NCBI GenBank assembly: GCA_044220955.1
Contig: JBGAQA010000120.1
Coordinates: 1-18,075, forward strand
Source of the DNA: Sandaracinaceae bacterium
GTDB taxonomy: Bacteria; Myxococcota_A; Polyangia; Polyangiales; Sandaracinaceae
DNA length: 18,075 nucleotides
Direction: 5' to 3'
This document shows positions 17,995-18,075 of this stretch, in pieces (position 1 is the stretch's first letter; every line of letters starts with the position of its first letter). A model generated the notes under the pieces. It was not told where the DNA came from, did no database searches, and worked only from the letters and a program-made list of their open reading frames with translations. The translations under genes were made by a program, and so were the position numbers.

Positions 17995-18075
17995 TCGGCA
18001 TGGGGGCGGCGGGCGGTCAGCCCCCCGCCCCAGTTCCGATAAAAGTAAAGACCCAGAAAGGCGACGGCCGCGGGC

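Noticed and set aside
18017..18042. Sigma28-like promoter (TCCGATAA)
   Set aside because: There is no acceptable TAAA -35 element at 15-nt spacing and no downstream gene is visible.

Overview
Very GC-rich bacterial DNA; the gene content suggests a myxobacterium (inference only). It holds 17 complete CDSs plus one 3' fragment, and no rRNA, tRNA, CRISPR array or mobile element is visible. In order: end of a GMC-like oxidoreductase, orphan modA-like lipoprotein, Ada-AlkA fusion plus ogt, solitary cpaB, mgtE plus a DUF6151/GFA-like gene, a DUF2760-Hsp70 pair, PAS-GGDEF-EAL, MFS transporter, solitary Flp pilin, long-chain acyl-CoA ligase, DUF1266-like membrane protein, an atypical ECF sigma with an unknown partner, a class V PLP enzyme and a hypothetical protein. 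The most notable signals are regulatory. (1) Most first genes have a TANNNT-like box 6-9 nt before the start codon and no Shine-Dalgarno (SD) site, suggesting leaderless mRNAs. (2) The Flp pilin is a complete sigma54 unit with candidate enhancer, -24/-12 box, SD and terminator. (3) The atypical ECF sigma is followed directly by a TGTCAGT-N16-CGTC promoter-like motif facing its partner gene.
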